Below are positions 25,811-38,100 of a stretch of 64,000 nt of DNA, in pieces. The stretch's first letter is position 1; the number at the start of each line of letters is the position of its first letter. The stretch covers positions 209,669 through 273,668 of the forward strand of contig DF237002.1 in assembly GCA_000708835.1 (NCBI GenBank), given 5' to 3'. Origin of the DNA: Klebsormidium nitens. Lineage: Eukaryota > Plantae > Klebsormidiophyceae. The translations under genes were made by a program, and so were the position numbers. Below the pieces are notes generated by a model. It was not told the DNA's origin. It made no database searches and saw only the letters and a list, made by a program, of their open reading frames with translations.

Positions 25811-27860
25811 ATGGCGCTCGAAAAGCAGCTTCGACTCTACATTGGCAGCTCTGCCGCATCAGGTGTTGGCCAGGTACGTAACCTGGGTTTGAAATCGAAC
25901 ATGACTGCCTTATTGTTGGCGTCCCCTTCAGGTGCTTAGGTTTACTGTCTCCACCACTGGAGACTTTGGCCAGATTTGACTGACTGGGGCGGCCCCAAGT
26001 CTTGTGATCGTTTCCTGCTTAATTTTGTAGCACCACCGGGTGAAGGTGCTGCAGAACTTGCAGAGGCTGTTGGCGGACCTAGTCCGTCATTTTGTTCTGA
26101 TTGCTGTCACTTCCAATGAAGGGATTTGATTCTTTTATACATCTCTGGTGCGATCTTTTTGATTAGCTACTCATGCTTTAGCAGGTGAATTGCTTCGAAC
26201 TGATGCCGCCGTTTTACTTTGTCATGAGATGTCAGAAGATGGAGACCGGAGCATTTCCCTTGCAGAGCTTCTTCCGATGGATCGTCCTGAGGGGCTTTCC
26301 GGAGCACGTGTGCGATGTCGAGGAGGCAGTTTGGAGGACCTTGCCTGCAGACGTTCCCCGCCTCTTCTCTAGCCGGAATGAGGGCGGCCCCAATCTTGCA
26401 AATGAGATCTCCCTTGACCACCTAATTAAGGAGATTACGCGTCCTTTCTGTAAGTGCTTGTTGCTTTTTCCCACTTTGTACTGGTGACCTAGAAACATCG
26501 ATTGTACGTTGCGTTCAGGTCATCTCGGATTCTACAAACCGTGCTTCGGTTCGAATCCGTTTGCACGGCTTAGCGCCCTGGTTCTCTTCGTTGCTTAAAT
26601 GACTCAAAACAGCCTCACTGAATGCTCTGCTTCCAGAACAGCCGTGCTTCATTGGCACAGTGCTTCGCGATGAATGTTGAAATTGCAAGCTACACCATGC
26701 TCTGACGGACACGAATCTGATCACTGCCTTTTTTCCACTTCTACGCAGACGAGCGCTGTGCAAGCCAGGGCTTGGCAGGAAACCCGCGCATCTATGCCTT
26801 TGACGAAGCAACTTTGCCTGCGCTCAAGTACTGCAACATCGCTCGACAGACCCAGCTTTTCGCTCAAGAGGTAAGCGAGAAGAGATTCCGTGGTTGCAAA
26901 GATTGTCTCGATGAATCTGCAGCGACATCGATAGGAAAACTAGCTCTATGCAAAAGCACCTTTCGATGCAAAGATTTCGATGCAGAGATTTCTAATGCAG
27001 TCTGATAGCTTTCCTGGGCTCTATGGCATTCCAAATAACGGCTTTATGAATGGGTTATACATGGGGGACACGCTGCCTCTGAACGTTAGTATCTTTGTTT
27101 TGCTTTCAGTTTGAAAACGCTCTGATTACAGAGCTGCCCAAGGCGGCAGCGAAGCGAGGCCTTCGAGCTGACATGGTCGTGCAGCAGCTTCCTACCATCT
27201 GCAAGGTAGAGATTTTTCTAAGTTTCTTCGCATTTTTGCTGCTGCACGTGGTGTCCTTTAGAGCCCGGTATTCGACTGCCCGTCGTTGAACAATTTATCT
27301 AGTTTCTCCTTTCCTGCTTCATAATGGATATTTTCAGGTGGGAATGATATTATAAGATATTACGATGTGCCAAGCACCTGTCTTTGCGGTTGGGTTGGGG
27401 ATTGTGCCGACTACCCTTCCAGTTTGGGCTTGCCTCTTTTTCGAATTCTCGTCAGTTGGCTTCTCAACTCTCCCCTTGGGTGCTTGCTTGAGCTCGAGGG
27501 CATGTATGGGTCTTGTTATCCGATCGGAGAGACTCCCTTTTCACAGATATGTATCACGACGTCTTCAGCCACAGTCTGACTACATTGCCTTTCTTGGAAA
27601 TTGTGCAGCTCTCCAAGCTGATCATCTTCGAGCTTCCAAAATCCATGGACGACCCGGGAGACTTCTTTGAACAAGCCTTGACAAAGGTCGGTGCTCACAC
27701 GACCGGAAGTATTGCTGCTGAGACGAAGGATTTGGAGCTCGTGATGGACGTCATCGGACACTGTGAAGCATTGCGAGACTTCTTTGGTCCGGCTAGAGAT
27801 TACAGAATGTGGAAGCATCACGTTGCTTGCATTCAACACCTTCGATACTTAGGGCAGTAA
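25811..27860 (+). CDS. Hypothetical multi-exon protein (orphan; last junction unresolved, may be decaying)
   Basis: Phase-compatible GT-AG exons give MALEKQ..GVGQ|HHRVKVLQNLQRLLADL|VNCFELMPP..ITRPF|YERCASQG..LFAQE|FENALITELP..TICK. A terminal ORF follows at 27513-27860. No family recognised. Confidence 0.45.
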
Positions 27861-29684
27861 GATGGTTTAAAGCGGGAAGCAGCTTGCAGATTGCGAGTAT
27901 AGATTTACTGGGATTCGAGCATCTCTGAAACTAGGTCAACTGGTCAACTGGGTACTGCCTTTTGACGTAATAGTATAGCATTCATGTAGCTTCATTCGAT
28001 TTTAGAAAAAAAGTAAATGGAACGAAGATTCAAGCTATCACTGACTGATCAATCATTGGTCGAGCATCTACAAGACATACTGTTGCGCGCGATGCACAAA
28101 CTCCTAACGAACGTACGGTCATCGTCTCCTGATCGTAGGTTTGATGCAAACGAAACAGAGAAACAGCAGATCTAGACATCCAAATCTGATATCGTAGTCA
28201 GCTGTATGGGCCCCCTATGCCGCGGCCGAATGTCGCCCGCAAAGGTTAAAAAAGGTCAGGCCGAGAGCATGGCAGTGTCCAGAGTTCAAAAGGGATCAAA
28301 CCGGAAACGAGTACCTGAGTCAAGATCCGCTGCACACTGCAGCTTCTGCGTGGGGCCTGGTATGATAGGGAGTATGCTGCCAGATCATGGCCAGAATCTT
28401 GGAATGTACAGAATGTGTCAGACGTCCAAACGTCGGCTGTGCCGGCGGCAAGTTCACTATCAAGTATCAGAGTATGGCAACATTTCGTACAACGCTGTGG
28501 TAAAACGGGCCAATCCTGAACAGCTGAACGTCGAGGAGAAAGTGTGAAATTAAGTGACGTTTGTGCGTGACTTCAAAGTATCAAAGGGAAGCTTCGTATT
28601 AGCTTCTAAGCTGCTGGTGCTCCCGAGCGAACAGTCGCGGCCGGCTACGGCGAGGTCGTCGGCCGGGCGGCCGCGTGGAGGCCGTAAAACCTTGTTAAGT
28701 TGCTCTGCTGCAATGCCAAGAGTACTCCGCGCGCATCAGATTCATGATGGTGGAGCTTCGCTGGAGCTCCGCTGCGCCATTGCAGATTGCACGCACAGAG
28801 ACACTTGCAACGGATTCAGAGCAATCGACAGAAGTTACATTGCACATCATCTGGCCCTTTAAGGGTGTGGTGCGTAGAGAGAATTCCGGTGGATGCTGTT
28901 TTCGAAGCTCCAACCCGGTAAGCCTCTGTTGAAAAGCAAGGCCGGGTCTGTGATCTTGATGATGACTAGTTTACAAGCCACGACGCTAAAACTGGACTGA
29001 GACAGTGGGAGCCTTGGCCAAGCCGGTCCCTGACTTATGACCCTGCTACTTCAGAAGTGCATGTAATGCATCTGTTCATATGCCCCATCAGACAAAAAGT
29101 TGCACCATGGTTCGGTGTGAGAAGCTGAGCTTTTTGGGTAGACATTTTGTGCTGGTGGTCACAGGGTCCATTTGAGATGAGATCAGCGGCAGCGGAGCAT
29201 GAGCTTTCTGATGCAACTTTTCTGATGCAACTTTGTGGTGGTGCACACTCAGAGTGGCTACAGATGGAATGCTGAGGGTTCTATTGAGTATAGGGCTCGT
29301 TGGGGCTGATTGGAGAGCCCCTACAGTAATGGAGTAGTGAGACATCGTGGAACGGTCACACACGGAACTGGTGACGCGCTGATTGCCCTTGACACCATAG
29401 GGGATCAGAAACTTCTAGAGCTCAGGATTGATATGGTTGATATATTGAAGCATCAGTATTTTGAGTTCTAGACAATACTCAAACTGCAGATTGGTTTTCC
29501 TAGTCAGTACTCTTTCACAGGGCTTCAGGCAGTGAAGCTTAGTAGATTGATCTGCACAGTATCAAATTGGCTGCATTTCAAGGAACTATTTCTTGTATGC
29601 AGGAAGAGGAGTGTCGAACACTGTACATAGCGGGTTGATCCACCACAGCCTTTTGGAGTTCCAGTCTCCTTAGGCGACGATGCC

Positions 29685-32600
29685 ATGAGTGACTCTCAGT
29701 TGCGCACAGGACCCCCCTGGGGTGATGCACCTTTTGGGGGCCATGTCACAAGCAGCTTTAGGGCAAACGCCACCCCCTCCAGATCAGGTACCACCCCCCC
29801 CCAAAACCTGGCTCCCCGCAATGCTGCCACCCCCCCTTCAGAGGCTTCTAGCACCATACCCCGCCCAACAAAAGCGGAGCGGCGGGCGCGTGCGGAATGG
29901 ATCAACAGCCAGGCTCATCAGAGCCCCCTCGACCGGTATGGCAACGTGCGCTGCTTGTCGTGTGGGAAAGTCCTGGGGAGCTATGAGGGGCTGGCTGGTC
30001 ACCTTGTGACTCTGCACGATGGGGAGAATTCGGAAGAGAGGAGGGCGAGGGAAGCATCGGAGGCGGTTGATGGGGGGCGGGGGAATCGTCGGCCCCCGGT
30101 TATGCTCCTTGATGGGTTGGCGCCAGTCTTAGAGGCGCTGCCCGGGGGCGCGTTAAACCGGAGTGGGGGGGGTTCGGGAAAGGGGGGCTTGGGTGGGGGG
30201 CCCTCGAACTGGAAAAGCATTGTGACAGAGGGAAAACGTCCAAATGGAACGAGGTCTTCTGACTTCGGGGTGTCTGCGCAATCTGGAGAAGGACAGAAAG
30301 GTAAGACACTGAACGAGGAAAGGAAGAGTGCGGGCGATAAGCAGCAAGGGGCGACGGAAAGAGTGCGGGTGAGTTTGTTGGCGGGGCATGCGGCGGCGGC
30401 AATCAGTGGGGAGGGGCACAGACCGATTACCCAAGGGGTTAACAAGGACAAGAAAGTTGCGAACCCAAACACGGCGCAGTCGACGGGGCTGGTGGAGCGG
30501 AGGGGGAAGGAGAGAGAGCAGCCGAAGAAGAAGCGACTTTCAAAGCTGAAGAAACTCGTGCTGCAAGAGAAGGAGATGGTTGCGCGGGAGGGGGGAATTG
30601 CAAGCCTTGATTCAGGGGGGGTGGCAGTTCAGTGTGAGGTGAGGGCTTCTTCAGGGGGCGCAGCGGAGACTCCTGCAGCGGACCATCTTATCGAGGGGGG
30701 GTCGGAGGCAGGGCCGTCTGAGGGGAGAGATCGTGAGAGGGGAACCCGGGGTACAAACGGGTGTGGTGGTGCTGAGACGAGCGTAAGCGGAGGCGAAAAT
30801 ACTGTGGAGGCTGGAGGAGCATCCGTATTCAAGGAAGGGGACGGTGACGGGAAGACTTGGACCGAGGCCGAAGACGACATGACTGGACTGGTTAGAGCGC
30901 ACAAACAAAAGCAGGAACCTGTGACGTACATAGGCCCGAACGTGAAGATAAGGTAAGCATGGAAGAGACTGCTTCACAGCTTACTAGTTCGATTCTTTGA
31001 CGATTGCAGGGACTAAAACTCTTGTCAGAGTGCAAGCAGTGTCTCGCCATTCTTTCTTACTGCCGAGCCCCTCTATTGATTGTGCCTTGCATAGCCTTCC
31101 TCTCGTGGACGGCCAGTACCTTCGGCGCTTGACAGCTAGTCGTTAAACGGGTCTTTTGTTGTCCATCGCTTGACGGCCAGCGAAAGAATCGTGTGCAGCT
31201 GAAATCCGCAAAGAATACCGTAATACATACGTCACAGAAAGTTGCGATCCGCGCTTTTCTGCCCAGATACTGTTAGCAAGAAAACTTCGTGCTGCTGCAA
31301 AAGCTGGCTCCAAGCTCGTCATCCCGTCATTCTACGCCTTCGATCTTTTTCACCAAAGACTTTAGCAGGTGACGTCGCAAGATACTGACGTCTATTTCCC
31401 CTCCAGATACTGCCAGCAAGTCATTTCGCCCGAGCTGAACGCGACATGCTTCGCTCTGCTGCAAGAGCTGATTCCAAACTTGACACCGTCAGCATTCTCT
31501 TCGCGCAACCGAAGACTTCGACAGTAGGCGACGTGGCGAAATGCTGACGTCAGATTCTTTACTTCCAGGTACTGCCAGCAAGTCATTTCGCCCGAGCTGA
31601 ACGCGACGTGCTTCGCGCTGCTGCAAGAGCTGCTCCGGTTCCAGGAGCGCGTGCGCGCGCAGGACCCCGCCAAGCTCAAGATGAAGCGCCGCCTGGTTAC
31701 GGGCTTCCGGGAGGTGAGGTTAGCGCTAAGCGCAGGTTGAAACTGTGGCTCACAGGGCTTCCGGGTGGTATGGGAGGATATAACCGCAGTTCCGAAACGT
31801 GGTTTCATGGTCAGTATCCAGGTTTGCTGATGACTAAGATGAAGCGTCGATCGTGAGCCTCCGGTGGGAGACGAGATCAGAAGTTAAAAATCAGATTGGT
31901 TAGGCAGAGTTAAAGCGGGGTTCGTTCTGCGTTGCCTTTCAACCATCACTTCTACATGTGATTCACAGCAGTCCGTGAAGCTCAGCCCGACCGGACTTGG
32001 GACCGGCGCCCAAGTCGTAGTCTCTTTTCGTTGGTCCGCTCTCCGAACAGAAAATGCTCCCCGTGGTCTTCCTCTGCTGTATTCTGCTCGAACGCTAGTA
32101 CTCTTTTGCTAAACTTGCGCCGTCCCGGCTCTCGAGTTAGCTTTTCAGAGTGGCGATGTCTGACGCTGCTTCCGGCAAACTGTTCAAAGCCTTTTTAAGG
32201 TCCAGTCCCCCGTCAACCCTCCGGTTCGATATATCCGCTCCACTGGTCTAGGTTCTCATTACGTTAAACACTTATTCCAAGCGGAAGAAATTGGATTACC
32301 AACCGTGGCTAACCCTTGGACACTCTTTTTCAGGTGGCCAAGTCCGTCAAGACCAAGCGCGCGGGGTGCCTCATCGTCGCCCCCAACATCGAAGAGACGA
32401 CCGAAGACGGCGTTCTCGACACGTCGCTGGAGGCCATTCTCGGCAGTGCACGGGAGAATGGGGTCCCCGTCGTATGCGCGCTAACCCGGCTTCGGATCGC
32501 CCAGGTGACCGAACAGGAGACTCGGCTTCGCTAGACTCTGTGTCTCTTTATGTTCCTCTGAGCCACTCGCTTATGCAGTTCTGAGTTGCGTCAGTCTCGT

Positions 32601-33306
32601 ACGTGAGCCTCTTTATGTCCTTTTGAGCGACTCGCTTTTGCACTTATTGTTGCAGATTCTGGTACGAGATGCTGAGGCTCAGGGTTCTGCCGGTGGAAGA
32701 GTTGGCGTTGAGACCGCTTCGGCTTGAGTCTTTTTGTGCCTAAAGTTTGTTAGAACGAATTCGGATGTTGGGGATGGACCGTGCCGCTTTGCGTAGTGCT
32801 TTGGAAGAAGTGTCGGGAGTTATTGGGTTAGGTGGTCCGGGGTTGGCTTAACCTTTCAGGAAGCTGAGCAGTCCGGTTTTCAGGTTTGATCTGCTTATCA
32901 TGCGCGCAGCTCATTCAGAATGATCATTCCCAAAAGGAATCGCTAGCAGGGTCAAGGCAGCTTCACTGATGAGTCCGTAATCTGGCACCAAATGTGCAGT
33001 GTCCCTTCAAACAAAGATCTGTCTTCGAATTCCGGGCAAACGGGGGCTGCTTTGTCCGTCAGTACGTAGCCGCAGTCGGTTGCTGCGGTGGTCGCGTCGA
33101 GCCTCTCTGCCTTGACTTCTCCACTCCGCTTCGCTTACATTGTAACCATTCCTTTCCCCTGCCAGGCGTTCGGCCGGCGTGTCCGCATGAGCATTGTTGC
33201 AATCCTGAGCTTCGAGGGAGCAGATGAACAGTACAAGAGGTTGCTCGCTCTCGCAGCGGCGGGGCGGAAGGAGTGGGAAGAGGTGAACGGCAGCGGTGGG
33301 CTTTAA
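29685..33306 (+). CDS. SBP2: SECIS-binding protein 2 (L7Ae family); exons 29685-30952, 31569-31713, 32334-32504, 33166-33306
   Basis: KKRLSKLKKLVLQEKE resembles the SBP2 K-rich/SID motif. The spliced C-terminus RYCQQVISPELNATCFALLQELLRFQERVRAQDPAKLKMKRRLVTGFREVAKSVKTKRAGCLIVAPNIE..GVLD..GVPVVCALTRLRIAQAFGRRVRMSIVAILSFEGADEQYKRL follows the SBP2 L7Ae module. Confidence 0.9.
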
Positions 33307-33627
33307 TCGTTGTCGCGAGGAGCTTCCCGTGGCAACGCCACCGGTCTGTGTATAAACACGGGCATGAGTCTTGTAACGAATAGGGCGCGCTGGAGACAAG
33401 TTCATACCTGAACGGAGAAATGTACACCTTATCAAAGTACCCTGTCGCGCTACAGACCTGTTGACGTAACTGAAGCCAATTCGAACGTCTGGAAGGACCT
33501 CTTTTACGGCTCAAGCTTTGGGCAAGAAACAGAGCAAACTCATCAAATCGAGGAAAAGAATTCGGGGCTGAGTGCTGAAATAGAGTCACTGGGCGGTTTT
33601 AGAGAATTCGTGGCAGCGCGTTGCGTG

Positions 33628-34416
33628 ATGAACGGTGCTGCGGCCTCCTCCGCGGTTGAACAAAGCCAGGCGATTGCGAGATGGAACTTCTTAGCTGGCA
33701 GCGGCAATGCATTTTCCGACGACTCTCTGAAACAAATGAAAACTTCCTTGGAGCCTACTAGTATCCTGATTTTGGTTCGGCTTCAAGGCCGCGCCGTTAA
33801 GTGGGGCCTCCATAAGCTGGCGAGCGATACGACGAGTGACGTCAGGGCAGACGCCAAGCTGGGCTCGTTGTCGGTTGGCCCCTCTGATCTACCAGATTTT
33901 AAAGCCCAGTTGCAACCCGTTTCTACGACAGCCGACCGTTTTGCGGAAACATTGGAACAAGAATGCGGTCGCCATCGTACGACACGTGGCGACAGCTTTC
34001 ACAAAAAAGGCCTTTGTGGCAAGACGTCCCTCGAAGTTTACGAGCTGCAGCCAAATGAGACAGCCCGCAGATCGCCCACGATCGCAAGGCTGTGGAGCGG
34101 GCCTCTTGAATTCTCGAGATTTCTGAATGGTGAGGGGGTTCTTTTTGAGCTCAGAGGGCAGCTACTACGGATATGCCGGCCGCCCGTTGGGTCTGGATCA
34201 CATGAAGGAAAATTGAGCGGAGTGGTTACTCTTGGAAGACGTCCGCAGACACAAGCAGAAGAGAAGCTTTTTCAACAGTTTGTGCATATGCTGAAAGGCT
34301 GTAGACTTGGCGAACGGGAGGGCGGGGCCAACTTCTGTTGTACGGCGTGCCAGCTAGACTGGGCGGCGTTTGAAGAGCTGAAACCTATGGTGGAAGTACG
34401 CAAAAAGCCCACATGA
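33628..34416 (+). CDS. Hypothetical intronless protein (about 262 aa)
   Basis: Uninterrupted ORF 33610-34416 with first ATG at 33628. The C-terminal NFCCTACQLDW resembles half a MYND finger. No family recognised. Confidence 0.45.
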   Translation: MNGAAASSAVEQSQAIARWNFLAGSGNAFSDDSLKQMKTSLEPTSILILVRLQGRAVKWGLHKLASDTTSDVRADAKLGSLSVGPSDLPDFKAQLQPVSTTADRFAETLEQECGRHRTTRGDSFHKKGLCGKTSLEVYELQPNETARRSPTIARLWSGPLEFSRFLNGEGVLFELRGQLLRICRPPVGSGSHEGKLSGVVTLGRRPQTQAEEKLFQQFVHMLKGCRLGEREGGANFCCTACQLDWAAFEELKPMVEVRKKPT

Positions 34417-35166
34417 GACGTGTCTCCCCGGGCCCGTAAGTTCGAGTACGTAGGTCTCGCAAACTCAACCATATGTCTATCTACCATGATACAGAATTGC
34501 GTTCACATCGAGAACAATGGTGCACATGTTCCGTCGGTGCCCTTATCGATCATGTCGCATGCACCTCCAGTATCCAATGCAGACAGCATTTGCATCTCCT
34601 CTAGATTTGCGTATGAACCTGGAATTTTGTCTAGCCGGCAAAATCATCACGATGCCATATGTGCTCTACTAGAAATCGTGTATCGTGTACTTGGACCATG
34701 CTATGTGACGGGCCCTTCGGTTAGCATGGCTGCCCGACTTTCAAAGTCTTGATCAGCCATGCCACGTGTCACTTGGCACGAACTCCCGGGAAACAGTCTG
34801 GTTCCAGCCGTCATTGCATTTGTGGTTCAAAAGTTGGCGTATCAGTCGCTCTGCTTATGCGACGAGTGTACATCACTTGGGGTACGACACGAGGTGACGA
34901 GAATCTACCTTCTGCAAAAGAGAAACTCTTATCTACATCAGAGCAAGTGCATTACCAGAGCAATCTGCCATTGACTAAGCCGCCCATTGGCAGCCTGCCG
35001 TCTTGATGCATGAGACATGGCTCACCGCACATGAACGTGCGTTCAACCGATTGTCATCCTTTCATTAACGAACACGCATGTACAAAGACCCCCGTTCCCA
35101 CTAGGGGGCCACCGGCCTATTCTATAAGTATCTCTTTCAGATCCCAGGCTATCTGTCACGCTATTG

Positions 35167-38100
35167 CTACCGGCTCCGGGTGTTGAATTGAGCAAAGTAC
35201 GCTTCGGTCGGAACGTTTGTGTAGACTTCCTTCTTCAGCGTCGTTTCCCTGTAGCAAGATTTTGAGATTAGGCTTCAGATTGAACTGCCGAGAATCGAAT
35301 TACTGCTGGTTGAGACTCCAACTGCTGGTTAATTGAGTATTCCCCATCACAAAGAACGGGCCTGTGAGTATCATTGCCAGCAGAGAGTCCATCCGAACAA
35401 GTCCGAGTAGTCTTCTCGTGAATTGATCGGCCCGTCAGACTACTTTTGTGGCGAGCAACGCGCGACTTTTGTTCGTTGTTTGTCCAGCAGCCGCAGCGGG
35501 CACTCACACGTTTCAATTGATTGCCACAATGGAAGCTCCCGATGCGTCAGATAGACGGGACGCTTTTCTGCCCCCTGGAGTACAAAGAACTCAAAGGCAT
35601 GTGCCCACCTGATAGTATGCCCCACTTTCTGAACCTTCTGGGTCTCAACGAGGTCGATCTTCGCAAGCCGAGCGGCTGCGGCTGCCTGCAAAAGAAGGGC
35701 GAGGAACTCGAATTGTCAAGCAACTACACACTCACAATATTTGCATAGTGGTGTGCTGATCCGCTAGCTTCAATCTTTCGATGTTACACTTTGTGGCTGT
35801 GTCAAATCACTCTATGCAGGCTTGAAAGACAAAGCCGATTGATTACTGTCCTTCATAAAGTGGCTCACAGGTATGTTAATATACTCTGACCGCACATGAA
35901 TGTGAGACGAAGCGCACCCAGACTTCTTGTTCATAGGGGGTCACGTCCATAGCTAGCCCAAGTTCTCCACTTACATCACAGCCCAGCAGCTTCAAAGCAT
36001 GTTCGAGTAGTGCTTTTAGTGGTTCCACAGACTCGAGACCGGCAAGACTTGAATCGAGAATTTGATCATTTTTGAGCCGACCGATGATGCATGTGAGAAG
36101 CAAAAATGATGAACCGGGGAAGAGAAATGACGATCGAGCTAGTATTGCTATATATGCGTGAGAGGGGGGGAAAAGGCCAAAAGGTTAGGTTTATGGGGCA
36201 GCCAAAAGGTTGTGTTACGGATGAGGGTCCCCCAGCTCCATTCTGCGCCAGTGATCCACCTCCAATCACTCAGGCTCGTGTTCCCCCCACTGCTGAGAGC
36301 GAGGAGTTTGCACTGCTCAGTTGCCTGCCTCATGCGGTTCCCCCTTCTTCAACGACCACGTCACCTCCCTTCCGGGGGGCGCCGTTGCCGACTCCCAGCT
36401 TGGGGTGGGCAAGCCCTCAACATGCGGACATGGGCCGTCGCAGACGAGCGGTAGTTCCACCACCCTGCCCCCACTCGGGTTACAGAACGCCGCGACACGT
36501 TCCAGCGATGGAGTAGGGGGCTCGTCGGGTATATAAACCGGTAGTGCTAAAAATTTGGTTCTTGTGGGTCGAGTTGCAGTATCCGTCGTTCGATCGGTAC
36601 GATCGACGGCGACAATTTCGTCTGGCCGAGTAACGCCGCGCGATCGCGACTTGTCGCGCGTCCGGCCGCGCTAGCTGGACTCGGATAACGCGCCGGGCGC
36701 GGTCACGGTAGGTACGTAGGTAAATAGTTTTCTTGTGTTGTGGCACATACTAAGGTTCGAAAGTTGCCTGCGGGCCGGAAGCTGATAAAAAATCAATACT
36801 AGCCAGACCGTAAAGAGCAGATGAAATAGGGAGTGAGGAATGGAGATAAGAATCAAAAATGATAAGCCCAAAAAGTGAAACAGAAAATGAAATCGTCAGA
36901 TAGTCGCACCTCAGCCGCTCGCCGCTCAAGCGTGAGCCGGATCATCTCCTGGTGCGCTGCGTGCGCCGCCTCCTCGGACTGCTCTGCCAGCTTGCGCGCG
37001 CGCTTTTCCATCAGCTGTTAAGGAGTAAAGTCAATGCGAGTTTCACTTGGGGATGCCTTAAATACCGTTGGAAGTGCCGACTCCTGCCGGGCAAATTCTT
37101 CCCGCCACTCAAGTTTTGATGCGAATGTCGCGGAAGTTCTAAAGAGGGAACTTCAGGCCGTTCCCCTCCTACCGAAACGTGTTTGACGAAAATTAGAAAT
37201 CAGAAATCCTCAAATTGGCAAGAGTGCGCAAGCCGAGAGGGGTATCTGCAATGACTCGGTTTTGCTTAAGCTGATGCCACAAAGAATTGAGATTGTGCCA
37301 ACCTACTGGGGAACGACATGGAGGCTCGATACAATCTCTTTCCAGAAGGATAAATAGACGGGACTGCATTACTCTCTATTAGAAGCCTTTTGTGACACGC
37401 CTTCTCTAGTCAACCCGAGAGTTTGTGCCAGACGATAATTAATCCGCAATACTTCGTCAACTCCTTGAAGCTTCGATGAGTGTTCTGTTGAAGCAGAAAG
37501 AAGGGGCCCTCCTAGCTCTAAGCAGTCCATTCTTGCAGACTCGCACTTTCTTTCTCGCATTCAAAGTTGGTCTTTCTTTGGTGCTGACGTACCAACAACC
37601 TCTCGTTTTGCAGTTCCTGAATTGCTCAAGCTTTGCTTTTATGCACACGATACCTGTGATTTGCCCATCTTGCACAAAGGCGTTGAAACGAGACCAGCAA
37701 AAATGAGCTCAGGTCTAACGCGGACGACCCAGGACATCTCGTATTGGTAACAAAGAAACAGCCAGGACGGACCAACTATCAGAAGCAATTCGACGATAAA
37801 AGCGTCGGAAGCGGCGAGCGCGTACCTGGCGGTCTAGCTCGTCCTTAATCTTCTGCTTCTGGTCTTCCGGCATGCTCTTGTAATGGTCCTTGCGGTACCG
37901 TGCCGGGCTCACGACGCTCTTCTGCAGAAGTTGGACGAAAGTCGCTCAGAGAACGGCTAGCAAGATCCTCAAAGTTTTTCCACGGATACATCTTGAAATC
38001 TGGTGGGATCTGTCTAGAAGGCGTGTGTTTGCTTACAATCATGTTTGCCGTGCCATCTTCAGGTCAAAAAGCCTCTGGGGCGATGATCGAGCCGATCATC

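Noticed and set aside
26540-26565. tRNA-like GGTTCGAATCC
   Set aside because: The T-stem pairs at only 3 bp and no D-arm, anticodon arm or acceptor stem can be built.
28206-28932. Possible gene in a cluster of 60-110 aa ORFs
   Set aside because: No recognisable motif or consistent exon chain could be built by eye; left unannotated.
35521-35748. Plus-strand 75-aa ORF
   Set aside because: It is antisense to a RIB43A exon (35685-35609) that is required for the reading frame.
36106-36746. ORFs 36106-36516 (+) and 36480-36746 (-)
   Set aside because: They overlap the 7SL gene and its promoter; GC-rich chance ORFs with no protein features.
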